DNA of 64,000 nucleotides from an uncultured Chloroflexia bacterium (lineage in GTDB: Bacteria; Chloroflexota; Limnocylindria; Limnocylindrales; CSP1-4), in contig CAVVJT010000007.1 in NCBI GenBank assembly GCA_963748625.1, positions 448,001 to 512,000 of the forward strand, given 5' to 3'. Numbering within the stretch: position 1 is the stretch's first letter; every line of letters starts with the position of its first letter. The notes beneath the pieces are model-generated. The model did not search any database and was not told where the DNA came from. It was given only the letters and a program-made list of their open reading frames with translations. The translations under genes and the position numbers were made by a program. This document shows, piece by piece, positions 30,694 through 44,747 of this stretch.

Positions 30694-32501
30694 TCGTCGC
30701 CCATCCTGAGGATCGCGAGGAAGGCCTCCTGCGGGATCTCCACGGAGCCAACGCGCTTCATCCGCGCCTTGCCCTCTTTCTGCTTCTCCAGCAGCTTGCG
30801 CTTGCGGCTGATGTCGCCACCGTAGCACTTCGCGAGGACGTTCTTCCGCATCGCCGAGATCGTCTCCCGGGCGACCACGTGGCTGCCGATGGCCGCCTGG
30901 ATCGGGACCTCGAACATCTGGCGCGGAATGAGCTTGCGCAGCTGGGCGACGAGCGCGCGGCCGGTGGCCTGGGCGCGGTCGCGGTGGACGATGAGCGAGA
31001 GCGCATCCACGGGCTCGGCGGCGACGAGCACATCGAGCTTGACGAGGTTGGCCTCGCGGTAGCCGGCCTCCTCGTACTCCATCGACGCGTAGCCCTGCGT
31101 GCGGCTCTTGAGCTGGTCGTAGTAGTCCACGATGAGCTCGCCCAACGGCAGCTCGAAGTGCATGTGCACCCGCTGCGGGTCCAGGTACTCCATCGTGAGG
31201 AAGACGCCGCGGCGGTTGGTGGTGAGCTCCATGAGCGTGCCGATGTAGCGGTCCGGCGTCACCACGCCCAGGTTCACCCAGGGCTCCTCGATCGTCTCGA
31301 TCTCGCCCACATCGGGGAAGCGGGCCGGGTTGTCCACGATCACCTTGCCGCGGTTCATCGTCAGGTTGACGTGGTACTCCACCGACGGCGCCGACGCGAT
31401 CAGGTCGAGGTCGAACTCGCGCTCAAGGCGCTCCTGGACGATCTCCATGTGCAGCAGGCCCAGGAAGCCGCAGCGGAAGCCGAAGCCGAGCGCGACCGAC
31501 GACTCGGGCTCGAAGGTGAAGGACGCGTCATTGAGGTGGAGCTTCTCCAGGGCGTCACGCAGCATCGGATAGTCCGGGCCGCTGACCGGGTAGAGCCCCG
31601 CGAACACGAGGCTCTTGGCCTCCTGGAAGCCCGGGAGAGGTTCGGCCGCCGGCATGGCCACGAGGGTGACGGTGTCGCCCACCTGCGCCTCGCGGACGTT
31701 CTTGAACCCGGTGGCGATGTAGCCGACCTCGCCCGCGACGAGGCGCTTGACCGGGACGAGCTGCGGGCGGAAGACGCCCAGCTCCAGGAGCTCCGCTTCG
31801 GCGCCGCTGGCCATGAGCCGGATCGCATCGTGGTCGTTGAGCGTGCCGGCGGCCAGGCGCACGTAGCAGAGGACACCCTTGTAGGCATCGTAGTGGCTGT
31901 CGAAGACGAGGCCCTGGAGCGGCGCCTTCGGGTCGCCCTTGGGCGGCGGGACCCGGGCCACGATGGCCTCGAGGATCTCGGGGACACCACGCCCTTCCTT
32001 GGCGCTCGCGAGGATGACCTCCTCGCGCGGGATCGCGAGGACGTTCTCCAGCTCCTCCATGACCACGTCGGGCTGGGCGGACGGGAGGTCGATCTTGTTG
32101 ATGACCGGGATGATGGTGAGCCCCTCGCGCATGGCGAGATGCACGTTGGCCAGCGTCTGGGCCTCGATCCCCTGGGCGGCGTCCACCACGAGGATGGCGC
32201 CCTCGCAGGCCTGGAGGCTGCGGCTGACCTCGTAGCTGAAGTCGACGTGACCGGGGGTGTCGATCAGGTTCAGGCCGTACACCAGGCCGTCGTCCGCCGT
32301 GTACTCCAGGCGCACCGCGCGCGCCTTGATGGTGATCCCCTTCTCCTTCTCGAGGTCCATGGAGTCCAGGACCTGCGAGGTCATCTGGCGCGCGTCGATC
32401 GTGTGCGTCAGCTCGAGCAGGCGGTCCGACAGGGTCGTCTTGCCATGGTCGATGTGCGCGATGATCGAGAAGTTGCGCAGCCGGGACTGGGGGATGATCA
32501 C
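30690..32501 (-). CDS. lepA: Translation elongation factor 4
   Basis: [47 protein letters not shown] start 8 nt after TACACT. Confidence 0.98.
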   Translation of the reverse strand: MIIPQSRLRNFSIIAHIDHGKTTLSDRLLELTHTIDARQMTSQVLDSMDLEKEKGITIKARAVRLEYTADDGLVYGLNLIDTPGHVDFSYEVSRSLQACEGAILVVDAAQGIEAQTLANVHLAMREGLTIIPVINKIDLPSAQPDVVMEELENVLAIPREEVILASAKEGRGVPEILEAIVARVPPPKGDPKAPLQGLVFDSHYDAYKGVLCYVRLAAGTLNDHDAIRLMASGAEAELLELGVFRPQLVPVKRLVAGEVGYIATGFKNVREAQVGDTVTLVAMPAAEPLPGFQEAKSLVFAGLYPVSGPDYPMLRDALEKLHLNDASFTFEPESSVALGFGFRCGFLGLLHMEIVQERLEREFDLDLIASAPSVEYHVNLTMNRGKVIVDNPARFPDVGEIETIEEPWVNLGVVTPDRYIGTLMELTTNRRGVFLTMEYLDPQRVHMHFELPLGELIVDYYDQLKSRTQGYASMEYEEAGYREANLVKLDVLVAAEPVDALSLIVHRDRAQATGRALVAQLRKLIPRQMFEVPIQAAIGSHVVARETISAMRKNVLAKCYGGDISRKRKLLEKQKEGKARMKRVGSVEIPQEAFLAILRMGDE

Positions 32502-32541
32502 GAGGCGGGAGTGTACCCGGTGCGGAACGGGACCCCGCACG

Positions 32542-32679
32542 CTGCGGTTCCCATCCTGCGGGAGAACCATCCCATCCTGCGCCGGAAATCCCACCCAGCG
32601 GGAGTCTTGTCACCCGGGAGCCGCCTGATGCGCTTTTCCTCCCGCGGCCCGGGAGTCCTGGCGCATGGTGGAACCGTAG
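32542..32679. repeat. Palindromic element upstream of the second HTH-nuclease gene
   Basis: CTGCGGTTCC / GGAACCGTAG; internal CCCGGG.GCCGC...GCGGCCCGGG hairpin; duplicated CCCATCCTGCG. Confidence 0.55.
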
Positions 32680-32791
32680 TCCCGGATCCCGGGGGTCGCC
32701 TGGGCCTCGGTGCTGCGGTGGCGCAGGGCGGGGCGCGCGAAGGGGACAACCGCATACGCCAGCGTTGAGTGGGGTGTCGCATCCTCTGCCC

Positions 32792-33448
32792 ATGAGCACA
32801 CGACAACGCCCGGCCGATGTGGGACGGGAGGATGCAGCCCGGCTCGCCGCGGATATGGGGCGTGAGCTGCGCCTCGCCCGGCGGATCGCCGGAGTGAGCC
32901 AGGCAACGCTCGCCACCCGGGCAGGCATGTCCGACTCCCAGCTGAGCCGCCTCGAGAAGGGCCGCAGCGTGCGCGTCACCCTTGACCAGCTCTGTCGCGC
33001 CGCGCGCGCGGCGGAGCTGGAGACCTCGATCAAGCTCTACCCCACGGGCGTCACCATCCGGGATCGCGTCCAACTCGGGCTGCTCGCACGTTTCGAGGAG
33101 ATCCTCGCCCCGCCCATCCGCGTCCGCCGGGAAGTACCACTCCCTATCGTCGGCGACCTGCGCGCCTGGGATGCGCGCATCACCGACGGGCGGCGGACTG
33201 CGTCGATCGAGGCTGAGTCCAAGATCGTCGATGCGCAGGCGCTCCAGCGCCGTCTCGAGGCCAAGGTTCGCGACGACCCGGGCAGGGGGGTCGTGATCCT
33301 CGTCCTGAACCGGACCGCGCACAACCGGACCGTGCTCAGTGCCCACCGTGAGGCGTTCCGCGCCCTGCTCCCCCTCGATGGCGCGGCGATCCTGCGTCAC
33401 CTGCGGAGGGGTGAGGTCCCGCCGACGGGAGGGATCGTGATGCTCTGA
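32792..33448 (+). CDS. XRE-family HTH protein with a C-terminal nuclease-like domain (same architecture as 18979..19686)
   Basis: ELRLARRIAGVSQATLATRAGMSDSQLSRLEKG; RREVPL...RAWDARI...IEAES...LQRRLEAK. Confidence 0.75.
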   Translation: MSTRQRPADVGREDAARLAADMGRELRLARRIAGVSQATLATRAGMSDSQLSRLEKGRSVRVTLDQLCRAARAAELETSIKLYPTGVTIRDRVQLGLLARFEEILAPPIRVRREVPLPIVGDLRAWDARITDGRRTASIEAESKIVDAQALQRRLEAKVRDDPGRGVVILVLNRTAHNRTVLSAHREAFRALLPLDGAAILRHLRRGEVPPTGGIVML

Positions 33449-33505
33449 TTGCGATGGCCGATCACGAGCGGCGCCCCGCTCGCAGCGCCCGCCTACCATG
33501 CGCCC

Positions 33506-34252
33506 ATGACCGCCCGCTTCCGGACCCTCGCCCTCGTCGCGCCGCTGCTGCGCGCCCGCACGGGCCTGTTCGGGCGGGCCGAGCGTGCGATGGCGAGCGA
33601 GGAGGTGGAGGCGCACGCCGCCATTCTTGCCGTCATGCCGTCGGCCGTCGCCGCCTGGAGCGACGGCAACGCCGCGCTGGACCCATTCGAGGTCCGGGTC
33701 CTGGACGACGTGGTCCTCGACCGCCTCGACCGCTACGGAGCCGGCTGGTGGCCCTCGCCCGAAAGCCAGGAGGAACTGCTCGCCGCGCATGCCCGCCCGC
33801 GCGCCTGGGACTCCCTCATTCTCGTCTGGCCCGGTGACGCGGGCCTCGGCGGTGGCGCATGGGGCCTCAGCCGTGGCCCGGTCGCCGCCGCCGGCGGGGC
33901 CGGGTACTCGGCGATCACCAGCGGCTCCTGGCCCACCTACGCCACGGCCACCGACCCCGCGCACGGGTTCGTGCACGAGTGGCTGCACCAGGTGGAGGCG
34001 ATCTACCGGGACCTCGGCCTCGGGCGCGAGCAGCTGCCCGACCTCCACGACGTGGACGGCCGCGCGACCACCCGGCGTCCTGACCCGGACGGCGGCCGCA
34101 CCTACGTCGAGTGGGAGCGTGCGACCAGCTCCTGGCGCCCGTGGTACCGCGACTACATGACCGGCACCGTGGGCGCCGCCCCCGGTGAGCGACCAGGCGT
34201 CCGCGGCCTGACCTCCGAGCGCTGGGCGCGCCGTCGCGACCCCATCGCCTGA
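33506..34252 (+). CDS. Hypothetical zinc metallopeptidase-like protein
   Basis: FVHEWLHQVE (HEXXH); ATG 6 nt after TACCAT. Confidence 0.65.
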   Translation: MTARFRTLALVAPLLRARTGLFGRAERAMASEEVEAHAAILAVMPSAVAAWSDGNAALDPFEVRVLDDVVLDRLDRYGAGWWPSPESQEELLAAHARPRAWDSLILVWPGDAGLGGGAWGLSRGPVAAAGGAGYSAITSGSWPTYATATDPAHGFVHEWLHQVEAIYRDLGLGREQLPDLHDVDGRATTRRPDPDGGRTYVEWERATSSWRPWYRDYMTGTVGAAPGERPGVRGLTSERWARRRDPIA

Positions 34253-34272
34253 ACACGGTTACGATCGTCCTC

Positions 34273-34914
34273 ATGCCCGCCGACACCCTGCCCGACCACT
34301 TGCTCCTCGGCTACCGGAGGTTCCGCACCGAGCGCTACCCGGCTGAGCACGAGCGCTACCTGCGCCTCGCCGCCGAAGGCCAGCAGCCGCCGACGCTCGT
34401 GGTCGCGTGCTCGGATTCGCGCTCCGGCCCGGAGACGGTGTTCGATAGCGCTCCCGGCGAGCTGTTCGTGGTTCGCAACGTGGCTGCGCTGGTCCCCGTG
34501 TACGAGCCGGACAGCCGCAGTCATGCCGCGTCGGCGGCCCTGGAGTACGCCGTGCTCGCCTTGGGCGTCCGGCACATCGTGGTCATGGGCCATGGCCGGT
34601 GCGGCGGGGTCGCGGCCGCCCTCGACGATAGGACGCCGCTCTCGGCGACCGACTTCATCGGCTCCTGGGTGGCGCCCCTGCGCGACATCGCGATGGACAT
34701 CGATCCGAGCGACTGGGCGGATCCAGTCCGCATGCATCGCGAGCTCGAGTTCCGCAGCGTGGAGCAGAGCGTCTTCAACCTGCAGACCTTCCCGTGGATC
34801 CGGTCGCGTGAGCGTGCGGGCACGCTCGAGCTCGCCGGGGGCTGGTTCGACATCGCCCTGGGCGAGCTGCGGATGCTCACGCGCTCCGGCTGGGAGCGCG
34901 TGCCGGACGCCTGA
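34273..34914 (+). CDS. Beta-class carbonic anhydrase
   Basis: ACSDSR, GELFVVRNVA, GHGRCGGV. Confidence 0.95.
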   Translation: MPADTLPDHLLLGYRRFRTERYPAEHERYLRLAAEGQQPPTLVVACSDSRSGPETVFDSAPGELFVVRNVAALVPVYEPDSRSHAASAALEYAVLALGVRHIVVMGHGRCGGVAAALDDRTPLSATDFIGSWVAPLRDIAMDIDPSDWADPVRMHRELEFRSVEQSVFNLQTFPWIRSRERAGTLELAGGWFDIALGELRMLTRSGWERVPDA

Positions 34915-34949
34915 TCTGCGCCCAGCCTCGACGCGAGGTCGAGTCCGGG

Positions 34950-35516
34950 TCAGACCTGGATGCGGGCGACCGTGAGCACCAGCAGCGCCAGACCGGAGAC
35001 GGCGGCTAGCCCGAAGAACACGATCGACGCACGGTAGATGTGGTATGTCGCCCTGGTCGCAGACAGGCCGAGGAACGCGTCGTCGCCCACGAATTTGCGG
35101 TTCGTCCGGTCCTCGTGGGTGAGTGCCGGCGGGTACTGCGAGTAGCCCAGGAGCGCCTCGATGTCGGCGACGGCGTGCATCTCGTACCACTCCCACCACA
35201 GGTGGTGACGGCGCTCGAGCGCGTAGAACAGGCCGGACACCACGGTGCCCATCACGCCCAGCACGCTCCATGCCGCGAACACCAGGGTGTCGAGCCCATC
35301 CTCGCCGGCACTGGAGATGAGGAAGGCGAGACCGGCGGTCAGCAGACTGACGTAGGTGAGGAACGCCGAGAGGTTGGAGAACCGGGAGTTCGCGTACATC
35401 CGCGCGTTCTCACCCGCCTGGCGATAGACCTCGAGGAGGTGGTCGTTCGTGGGCGGAGGGTCCGCATCCAGGTGCTCTGGGAGGTTCGGCCGGTACAGGT
35501 TGGCCTCGCTGCTCAT
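34950..35516 (-). CDS. Hypothetical three-TM membrane protein
   Basis: 188 aa with GC-typical codon usage and three hydrophobic segments. Confidence 0.7.
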   Translation of the reverse strand: MSSEANLYRPNLPEHLDADPPPTNDHLLEVYRQAGENARMYANSRFSNLSAFLTYVSLLTAGLAFLISSAGEDGLDTLVFAAWSVLGVMGTVVSGLFYALERRHHLWWEWYEMHAVADIEALLGYSQYPPALTHEDRTNRKFVGDDAFLGLSATRATYHIYRASIVFFGLAAVSGLALLVLTVARIQV

Positions 35517-35646
35517 GGGTACGGATCACCTTCGCTCGCTGGGCCCGACAGCTGCCTGCCGTCGGCACGGCGACCATACCAGCGCGCCCCGGCCTCCTGG
35601 ACCCGGATCGGGGGACCGGATGGGCCGGCCGGACTACGATGCATGC

Positions 35647-37305
35647 ATGAGCGCGAACCACCACACCCCGGCGACACCCATCGACCAGACGCCCGAGTGG
35701 CGCGCGCTGGCCGAGCACCACGCGACAGTGCGGGACCTGCACCTGCGCGACCTGTTCGCCGCGGACCCAGAGCGCGCCTCGCGCTGTACGGCCGAAGGGG
35801 CGGGCCTCTTCCTCGACTACTCGAAGCATCGGATCACAGCGGACACGCTGCCGCTGCTGGTCGCGCTCGCCCGAGTCGCGGGTGTGGAGGCGCGGCGCGA
35901 GCAGATGTTCGGTGGCGTCCACATCAACGAGACCGAGGACCGGGCCGTCCTCCACACCGCGCTGCGAATCCCGCACGGCGAGGCCGTGGTGGTTGACGGG
36001 CAGGATGTCGGCGACGACGTCCATGCCGTGCTCGATGCCATGGCGGCGTTCGCGGTCCGCGTGCGCGACGGCGAGTGGACGGGCTTCACCGGGAAGCGGA
36101 TCCGGACCGTCGTCAACATCGGCATCGGCGGCTCGGACCTGGGGCCGGCCATGGCCACCGAGGCCCTCCGCCACTACGCGCTCAAGACGATGCAGTTCCG
36201 GTTCGTGTCCAACATCGACGGGACGGACATCCGCGATGCCACCCTTGACCTGGACCCCGCCGAGACGCTGTTCGTGGTCGCGTCCAAGACGTTCACGACG
36301 CTCGAGACGCTGACCAACGCCCGCACGGCGCGCGCCTGGCTGCTGGCGGGGCTTGGAGGCGACGAAGCGGCCGTCGCGAAGCACTTCGTGGCCGTCAGCA
36401 CCAACGCCACGAAGGTGGCCGAGTTCGGCATCGACACGGCCAACATGTTCGGCTTCTGGGACTGGGTCGGCGGGCGGTACTCGATGGATTCGGCCATCGG
36501 CCTGTCCTTGATGCTTGCCATCGGGCCTGACGACTTCCGCCAGCTGCTTGCGGGCTTCCACGACATGGACCGGCACTTCCGCCTCGCACCGCTGGACGAG
36601 AACCTGCCGGTGCTGATAGCGCTGCTCGGTGTCTGGTACGCGGACTTCTTCGGCTTCGAGTCGCACGCCGTCCTGCCCTACAGCCAGGAGCTCAGCCGCT
36701 TCCCTGCGTACCTGCAGCAGCTCGACATGGAGTCGAACGGCAAGTCCGTCCGGCTCGATGGCAGCCGGGTGACCTACCACACGGGCCCGATCGTCTGGGG
36801 CACGGCCGGCACCAACGGCCAGCATGCCTACTACCAGCTCCTGCACCAGGGTACGCACATCGTGCCCGCGGACCTGGTCGGCTTCATCAATCCGACCACC
36901 GACATCGGCGACCACCACGACCTGCTCAACGCGAACCTGTTCGCCCAGGCCGAGGCGTTCGCGTTCGGCAAGACCCGCGAGCAGGTGGTGGCCGAGGGGA
37001 CGCCTGCGCACCAGGTGGAGCACCGCGTGTTCGACGGCAACCGGCCCACGTCGGTGCTCCTCGCCGACAAACTGACGCCGCGCGTGCTTGGCGCCCTCGT
37101 CGCCCTGTACGAGCACAAGGTGTTCGTGCAGGGCGTGATCTGGGGCATCGACTCGTTCGACCAGTGGGGCGTGGAGCTGGGCAAGGTCCTGGCCACGAGG
37201 ATCGCCTCGGAGCTCATGGCCGGGGCCGATCCGGTTGCCAACGACCATGACGCATCAACGACCGAGCTGATCCAGCGCTACCGCGAGCGGCGCATCCGCG
37301 GGTAG
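35647..37305 (+). CDS. pgi: Glucose-6-phosphate isomerase
   Basis: [42 protein letters not shown]. Confidence 0.98.
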   Translation: MSANHHTPATPIDQTPEWRALAEHHATVRDLHLRDLFAADPERASRCTAEGAGLFLDYSKHRITADTLPLLVALARVAGVEARREQMFGGVHINETEDRAVLHTALRIPHGEAVVVDGQDVGDDVHAVLDAMAAFAVRVRDGEWTGFTGKRIRTVVNIGIGGSDLGPAMATEALRHYALKTMQFRFVSNIDGTDIRDATLDLDPAETLFVVASKTFTTLETLTNARTARAWLLAGLGGDEAAVAKHFVAVSTNATKVAEFGIDTANMFGFWDWVGGRYSMDSAIGLSLMLAIGPDDFRQLLAGFHDMDRHFRLAPLDENLPVLIALLGVWYADFFGFESHAVLPYSQELSRFPAYLQQLDMESNGKSVRLDGSRVTYHTGPIVWGTAGTNGQHAYYQLLHQGTHIVPADLVGFINPTTDIGDHHDLLNANLFAQAEAFAFGKTREQVVAEGTPAHQVEHRVFDGNRPTSVLLADKLTPRVLGALVALYEHKVFVQGVIWGIDSFDQWGVELGKVLATRIASELMAGADPVANDHDASTTELIQRYRERRIRG

Positions 37306-37507
37306 CGGGCGGGCGTTCTCAGGCCCGCCACATCTTTGGGGCGCCAAGGCGAAGGCAGCTCGGTCAGGGCACTGGCCGGTGGACGAATCGGTGGTGTTCG
37401 CTGATTCGTCCCGGCCTCTGCTACCATTCGCGGTCGCGCTTCGGGTTCCTCTCGCCCAAGTGCAAGTTTGACGTGACTTCCTTACTACGGAACGGAGATC
37501 AGCCACC

Positions 37508-38287
37508 TTGGCTAGAACGCCCCGAAAGTGGCAGGGCGCTCGCAACCCGTCCGGGCTGAAGCGTGTTCGCCAGTCCGAGCGTCGGCACGCGATCCTGCAG
37601 CCCCGCCGGTCAGCGGCGAAGACCCTCGTTGCCAAGGCCGTGACCACCGCCACCGCGCAGCCTGAGAGCGCCGACGTCGCGACCACGCTGAGCGAGGCGA
37701 TCTCGGCCCTCGATCGTGCCGCCAAGGCGGGCGCGATCCACCCGAACGCCGCCGCGCGCCGCAAGAGCCGGCTCGTCAAGAAGATCAACGCTACCCAGGC
37801 CGGCACGACGGTCGCTTCGGCGCACGTTGCGAAGACCACCGGCAAGGCCGCCGCTCTGAAGGCCGCCAAGGCCCGCATCGCGGCCGGCAAGGCCGCCAAG
37901 GCCAAGGGCGCCCAGACGGCTGCGGGCAAGGCGAAGGCCGCCTTCTCGAAGACGACCCGCGCCGAGACCACGCCGGCTCCGACGGCGGCACCCGCCGCTG
38001 CGGCACCGGCCGGCAAGGCCACCAGGGCCAAGGCCGCCCCCAAGGCAACCGCCGCCAAGACGGCAGCTGCGAAGCCTGCCGCCAAGGCGACGACCACCAA
38101 GGCCGCGCCGAAGACGACCGCTACCAAGACGGCGGCTGCGAAGCCTGCCGCCAAGGCGACGACCACCAAGGCCGCCGCCAAGCCGGCAGCCAAGGCGACG
38201 ACCACCAAGGCCGCAGCCAAGCCGGCAGCCGAGAAGCCTGCCGCCGCGAAGACCACGAAGGCCAAGAAGACCGAGACGCCCGAGTAG
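37508..38287 (+). CDS. rpsT: 30S ribosomal protein S20 with a long Ala/Lys/Thr/Pro-rich C-terminal tail
   Basis: S20 motifs KRVRQSERR and ISALDRAAKAGAIHPNAAARRKSRL, followed by about 165 aa of AAKPAAKATTTK-type repeats. Confidence 0.88.
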   Translation: MARTPRKWQGARNPSGLKRVRQSERRHAILQPRRSAAKTLVAKAVTTATAQPESADVATTLSEAISALDRAAKAGAIHPNAAARRKSRLVKKINATQAGTTVASAHVAKTTGKAAALKAAKARIAAGKAAKAKGAQTAAGKAKAAFSKTTRAETTPAPTAAPAAAAPAGKATRAKAAPKATAAKTAAAKPAAKATTTKAAPKTTATKTAAAKPAAKATTTKAAAKPAAKATTTKAAAKPAAEKPAAAKTTKAKKTETPE

Positions 38288-38310
38288 TCTCCAACCCCGC
38301 ACCAACGACG

Positions 38311-38339
38311 AACGCCCCGGTCATCGACCGGGGCGTTTT
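38311..38339 (+). terminator. Intrinsic terminator after rpsT
   Basis: AACGCCCCGGTC-ATC-GACCGGGGCGTT followed by TT. Confidence 0.85.
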
Positions 38340-38354
38340 CGATTCGCTGTGGGC

Positions 38355-38481
38355 GGCCCCCTCCGACCTGGAGTCACCCGGCGAGGCTCAGTGCACGGCG
38401 CGTGCACCGAAGTCGAGGTTGCGCGCACGGCCGCAGCGTGCGCGATCCCCGGGTGACTCCACGCCGAGTCGGCGCGGGGCC
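38355..38481. repeat. Three-way-junction palindromic element
   Basis: Perfect TGGAGTCACCCGG (38369-38381) / CCGGGTGACTCCA (38449-38461) enclosing hairpins GTGCACG/CGTGCAC and CGCGCACG/CGTGCGCG. Confidence 0.8.
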
Positions 38482-38483
38482 GA

Positions 38484-39047
38484 TCAGCCCGCCTGGGCCT
38501 CGGGCTCCGGCTTGCGCCGGTTCGTGACCCCGTACATCAGCCCACCGAACAGGGCGCCCGCCACGGAGAACACCAGCATCTGCCCCGACGTGGCCACCTG
38601 CTGGGACCAGTAGTAGGCGGTGAAGCTCTCGACGTCGGTGACGCCGGCCGCCTCGAAGGCCGCCGGGTTGTCCACGAAGGCGAGATAGCGCTGGTAGACG
38701 CAGTCGGCGCCACGCTCGCAGGCAAGCGGGCCGCCCATGGATGCGTCGCGGTAGCCGTTGTCCGCGCTGAAGAAGATCGCCTTCACGCCGGGCATGAGCA
38801 CCGCGTACGTGAGGCCGGTGACCACGCCCGCGAGCAGCGCGTTGGCGATGACCCGCCGCCACGGCCCGCCCACGCGCTCGGATCGCGCGTTGGCGTAGTA
38901 GCCGATCATCATCCCGCCGAACAGCGCGAACGGGCCGATGAGGAACTCGATGGGGATGACCAGCATGAAGGACACGATGACCGTGACCGCCATGCCCAGG
39001 CCCACAAACGAGGCGGTGATCGCACCGCGATCCACGAAACGGCTCAC
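38484..39047 (-). CDS. Hypothetical membrane protein
   Basis: About four TM segments with a CxxGxxC loop; GGGGGA RBS. Confidence 0.75.
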   Translation of the reverse strand: MSRFVDRGAITASFVGLGMAVTVIVSFMLVIPIEFLIGPFALFGGMMIGYYANARSERVGGPWRRVIANALLAGVVTGLTYAVLMPGVKAIFFSADNGYRDASMGGPLACERGADCVYQRYLAFVDNPAAFEAAGVTDVESFTAYYWSQQVATSGQMLVFSVAGALFGGLMYGVTNRRKPEPEAQAG

Positions 39048-39112
39048 GGCGCGTCCCCCGAGAGGAGGGCGCGCCGTGTGATGGCGAAGGAATTGGGACG
39101 CATGGACAAGGG

Positions 39113-41649
<2,537 letters not shown>

Positions 41650-41680
41650 GTTCCTTCCGGGAGCCGCTTCGGGCTCCGGG

Positions 41681-43012
<1,332 letters not shown>

Positions 43013-43101
43013 TCAGGTCGGAATCCTAGCAAACCGGGGTGCAGGCTCTGCGGGCACCCGACCCTGACCGCGGGGGCCTTGCGGACCTAGGCCGTACACC
43101 A

Positions 43102-43136
43102 TTGAGCCCCCTCCGGCAGGGCCGGAGGGGGCTCAA
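43102..43136. terminator. Perfect 16-bp stem hairpin, likely terminator of the DUF5679 gene
   Basis: TTGAGCCCCCTCCGGC-AGG-GCCGGAGGGGGCTCAA. Confidence 0.75.
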
Positions 43137-43161
43137 CGTCATCATGACGATGCAGGCTGGG

Positions 43162-43302
43162 TCAGCCGCCGATCCGGAAGACCTTGCCGCCGCACTTCGG
43201 GCAGGTGCCCTTCAGCGCGGGCTTGCCGTTCTTCATCGTGATCTGCTCGGGGTTCTGGACCTCGACCTTTTCCTTGTCCTTGACGCAATAGGCCTCAGCC
43301 AT
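43162..43302 (-). CDS. Small basic DUF5679-like protein (46 aa)
   Basis: MAEAYCVKDKEKVEVQNPEQITMKNGKPALKGTCPKCGGKVFRIGG; GAGGAGG RBS. Confidence 0.85.
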   Translation of the reverse strand: MAEAYCVKDKEKVEVQNPEQITMKNGKPALKGTCPKCGGKVFRIGG

Positions 43303-43378
43303 TGTCCACTCCTCCTCACGCAGGGTCGCGTCGCGAGAGCACGCCTCTCGAGTCCGCAAGGTCAGTGATCTGTGGCAC

Positions 43379-44224
43379 TCACGTGGCCTGCCAGAGCGAC
43401 GGGCGCCACCGCGCCGCACCGGCCTCGGACGTCTGGCGATCGATCTCGGCGAGGATGCGGAGGCTCTCCAGCCCCGTTTCCACGGCGGACCGCTCGGCCA
43501 GGTCCTTGATGTCGCCTTCGACGAACTCACCGGTCTGGCGGTTGGCATAGACGGCGCACACGACGCCGGCACGACACCCGGCCAGTCCTGCAAGCACGAG
43601 GACGGCGGACGCTTCCATCTCGAAGTTGAGGATGCCCTGGCGGGTCATCTCAGCAGCGAGGTCAGGGTAACGGATGGGAAGCTGCGGGATGGGTCGGCCC
43701 TGCGCACCGTAGAACCCGGGCGCGGTGGCCGTCAGTCCCACGTGGTACGTGAAGCCGAGGCCCTCCGCAGCCTCCACCAGCGCCAGCACGGCCTCGTGGT
43801 GCGCGACGGCGGGATAGCCCTCGTGCACGAACCAGCTGGTCGTGGTCTCGAGCCGGACCGATCCGGTCGAGATGACGAGGTCGCCCAGGGCCATGCCCGG
43901 CTGGAGCGCCCCACACGACCCGATCCGCACAAACGTCGGCTTGTCCGTGATCGCGAGGATTTCCGCGATCACGATCTCGACATTGTCGGTGCCGATGCCC
44001 GTGGAGACGACCGACACGCGCTGGCCCTTGTACAGGCCGGTCGCGCTGGCGAACTCGCGATGGCGATGGGTGCGCTCGACGGAGTCGAAGTACGCGGCCA
44101 CCTTGGCGACGCGATCCTGGTCACCGGGGAGAAGGATGTAGTCCGCCAGCTCGCCCGGCCCGAGGCCGATGTGGTACTGGCGATCCCCGGCAGGAGTCGC
44201 GACGCGGGTGTCGGGGTTCGACAA
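43379..44224 (-). CDS. udp: Uridine/nucleoside phosphorylase
   Basis: QYHI, LLPGDQDRV, STGIG, RIGSCG, FYGAQGR, NFEMEAS; TTG start after GGGAGG. Confidence 0.88.
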   Translation of the reverse strand: MSNPDTRVATPAGDRQYHIGLGPGELADYILLPGDQDRVAKVAAYFDSVERTHRHREFASATGLYKGQRVSVVSTGIGTDNVEIVIAEILAITDKPTFVRIGSCGALQPGMALGDLVISTGSVRLETTTSWFVHEGYPAVAHHEAVLALVEAAEGLGFTYHVGLTATAPGFYGAQGRPIPQLPIRYPDLAAEMTRQGILNFEMEASAVLVLAGLAGCRAGVVCAVYANRQTGEFVEGDIKDLAERSAVETGLESLRILAEIDRQTSEAGAARWRPSLWQAT

Positions 44225-44398
44225 GAGCGGCCTCCCTGTGCGCCCACGCTCGAAGAGGCGTGAGGTCCGGGCGAGGATAGGCGGGCGATTCACACAGCGT
44301 CAAGCCGATTTGCGCACGTTTGCGCCGTGCGGACGGCGTTCGTGGCCGTTCGAGGGCCGCAGGCGGGCTTGCATGGGCCGGCCGTGCGACCGTTGTGC

Positions 44399-44594
44399 GG
44401 GGGGGTGCGGGGCCCGGTCGGGGGGTGCGAACCCGGCCGGGGGGCCGAGGGCCCGGCCGGAGGGGGTGCTGGGCCCGGCCGGGGGGCGAGGGCCCGGCCG
44501 GGGGGTGCGAACCCGGCCGGGGGTGCGAACCCGGCCGGGGCGTGCGAGGGCCCGGCCGGGGGGGTGCGAACCCGGCCGGGGCGTGCGAGGGCCC
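44399..44594. repeat. About 10 tandem 19-21-bp G-rich units with a CCCGGCCGGG core
   Basis: Variants GGGGGTGCGAACCCGGCCGG and GGCGTGCGAGGGCCCGGCCGG read directly. Confidence 0.9.
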
Positions 44595-44604
44595 GCGGCA
44601 CGGG

Positions 44605-44717
44605 CGCCCCACGTGGGGGTCGTTTCTGGACATCTCGAGCGTGGTCCGGGGACGAACGTCGAGGTTCGACGCGCAGACCACGCTCACGACCGGCGGACTT
44701 GGCCCCCACGTGGGGCG
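44605..44717. repeat. Long interrupted hairpin/palindromic element
   Basis: GCCCCACGTGGGGG / CCCCCACGTGGGGC with inner GAGCGTGGTC / GACCACGCTC and a CGTCGA/TCGACG hairpin. Confidence 0.75.
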
Positions 44718-44747
44718 GGCGCACGATGGGCCCGGTGCTGCCGCGTC

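Noticed and set aside
44399-44594. CRISPR array
   Set aside because: Units are contiguous with no unique spacers, and no cas genes are present.
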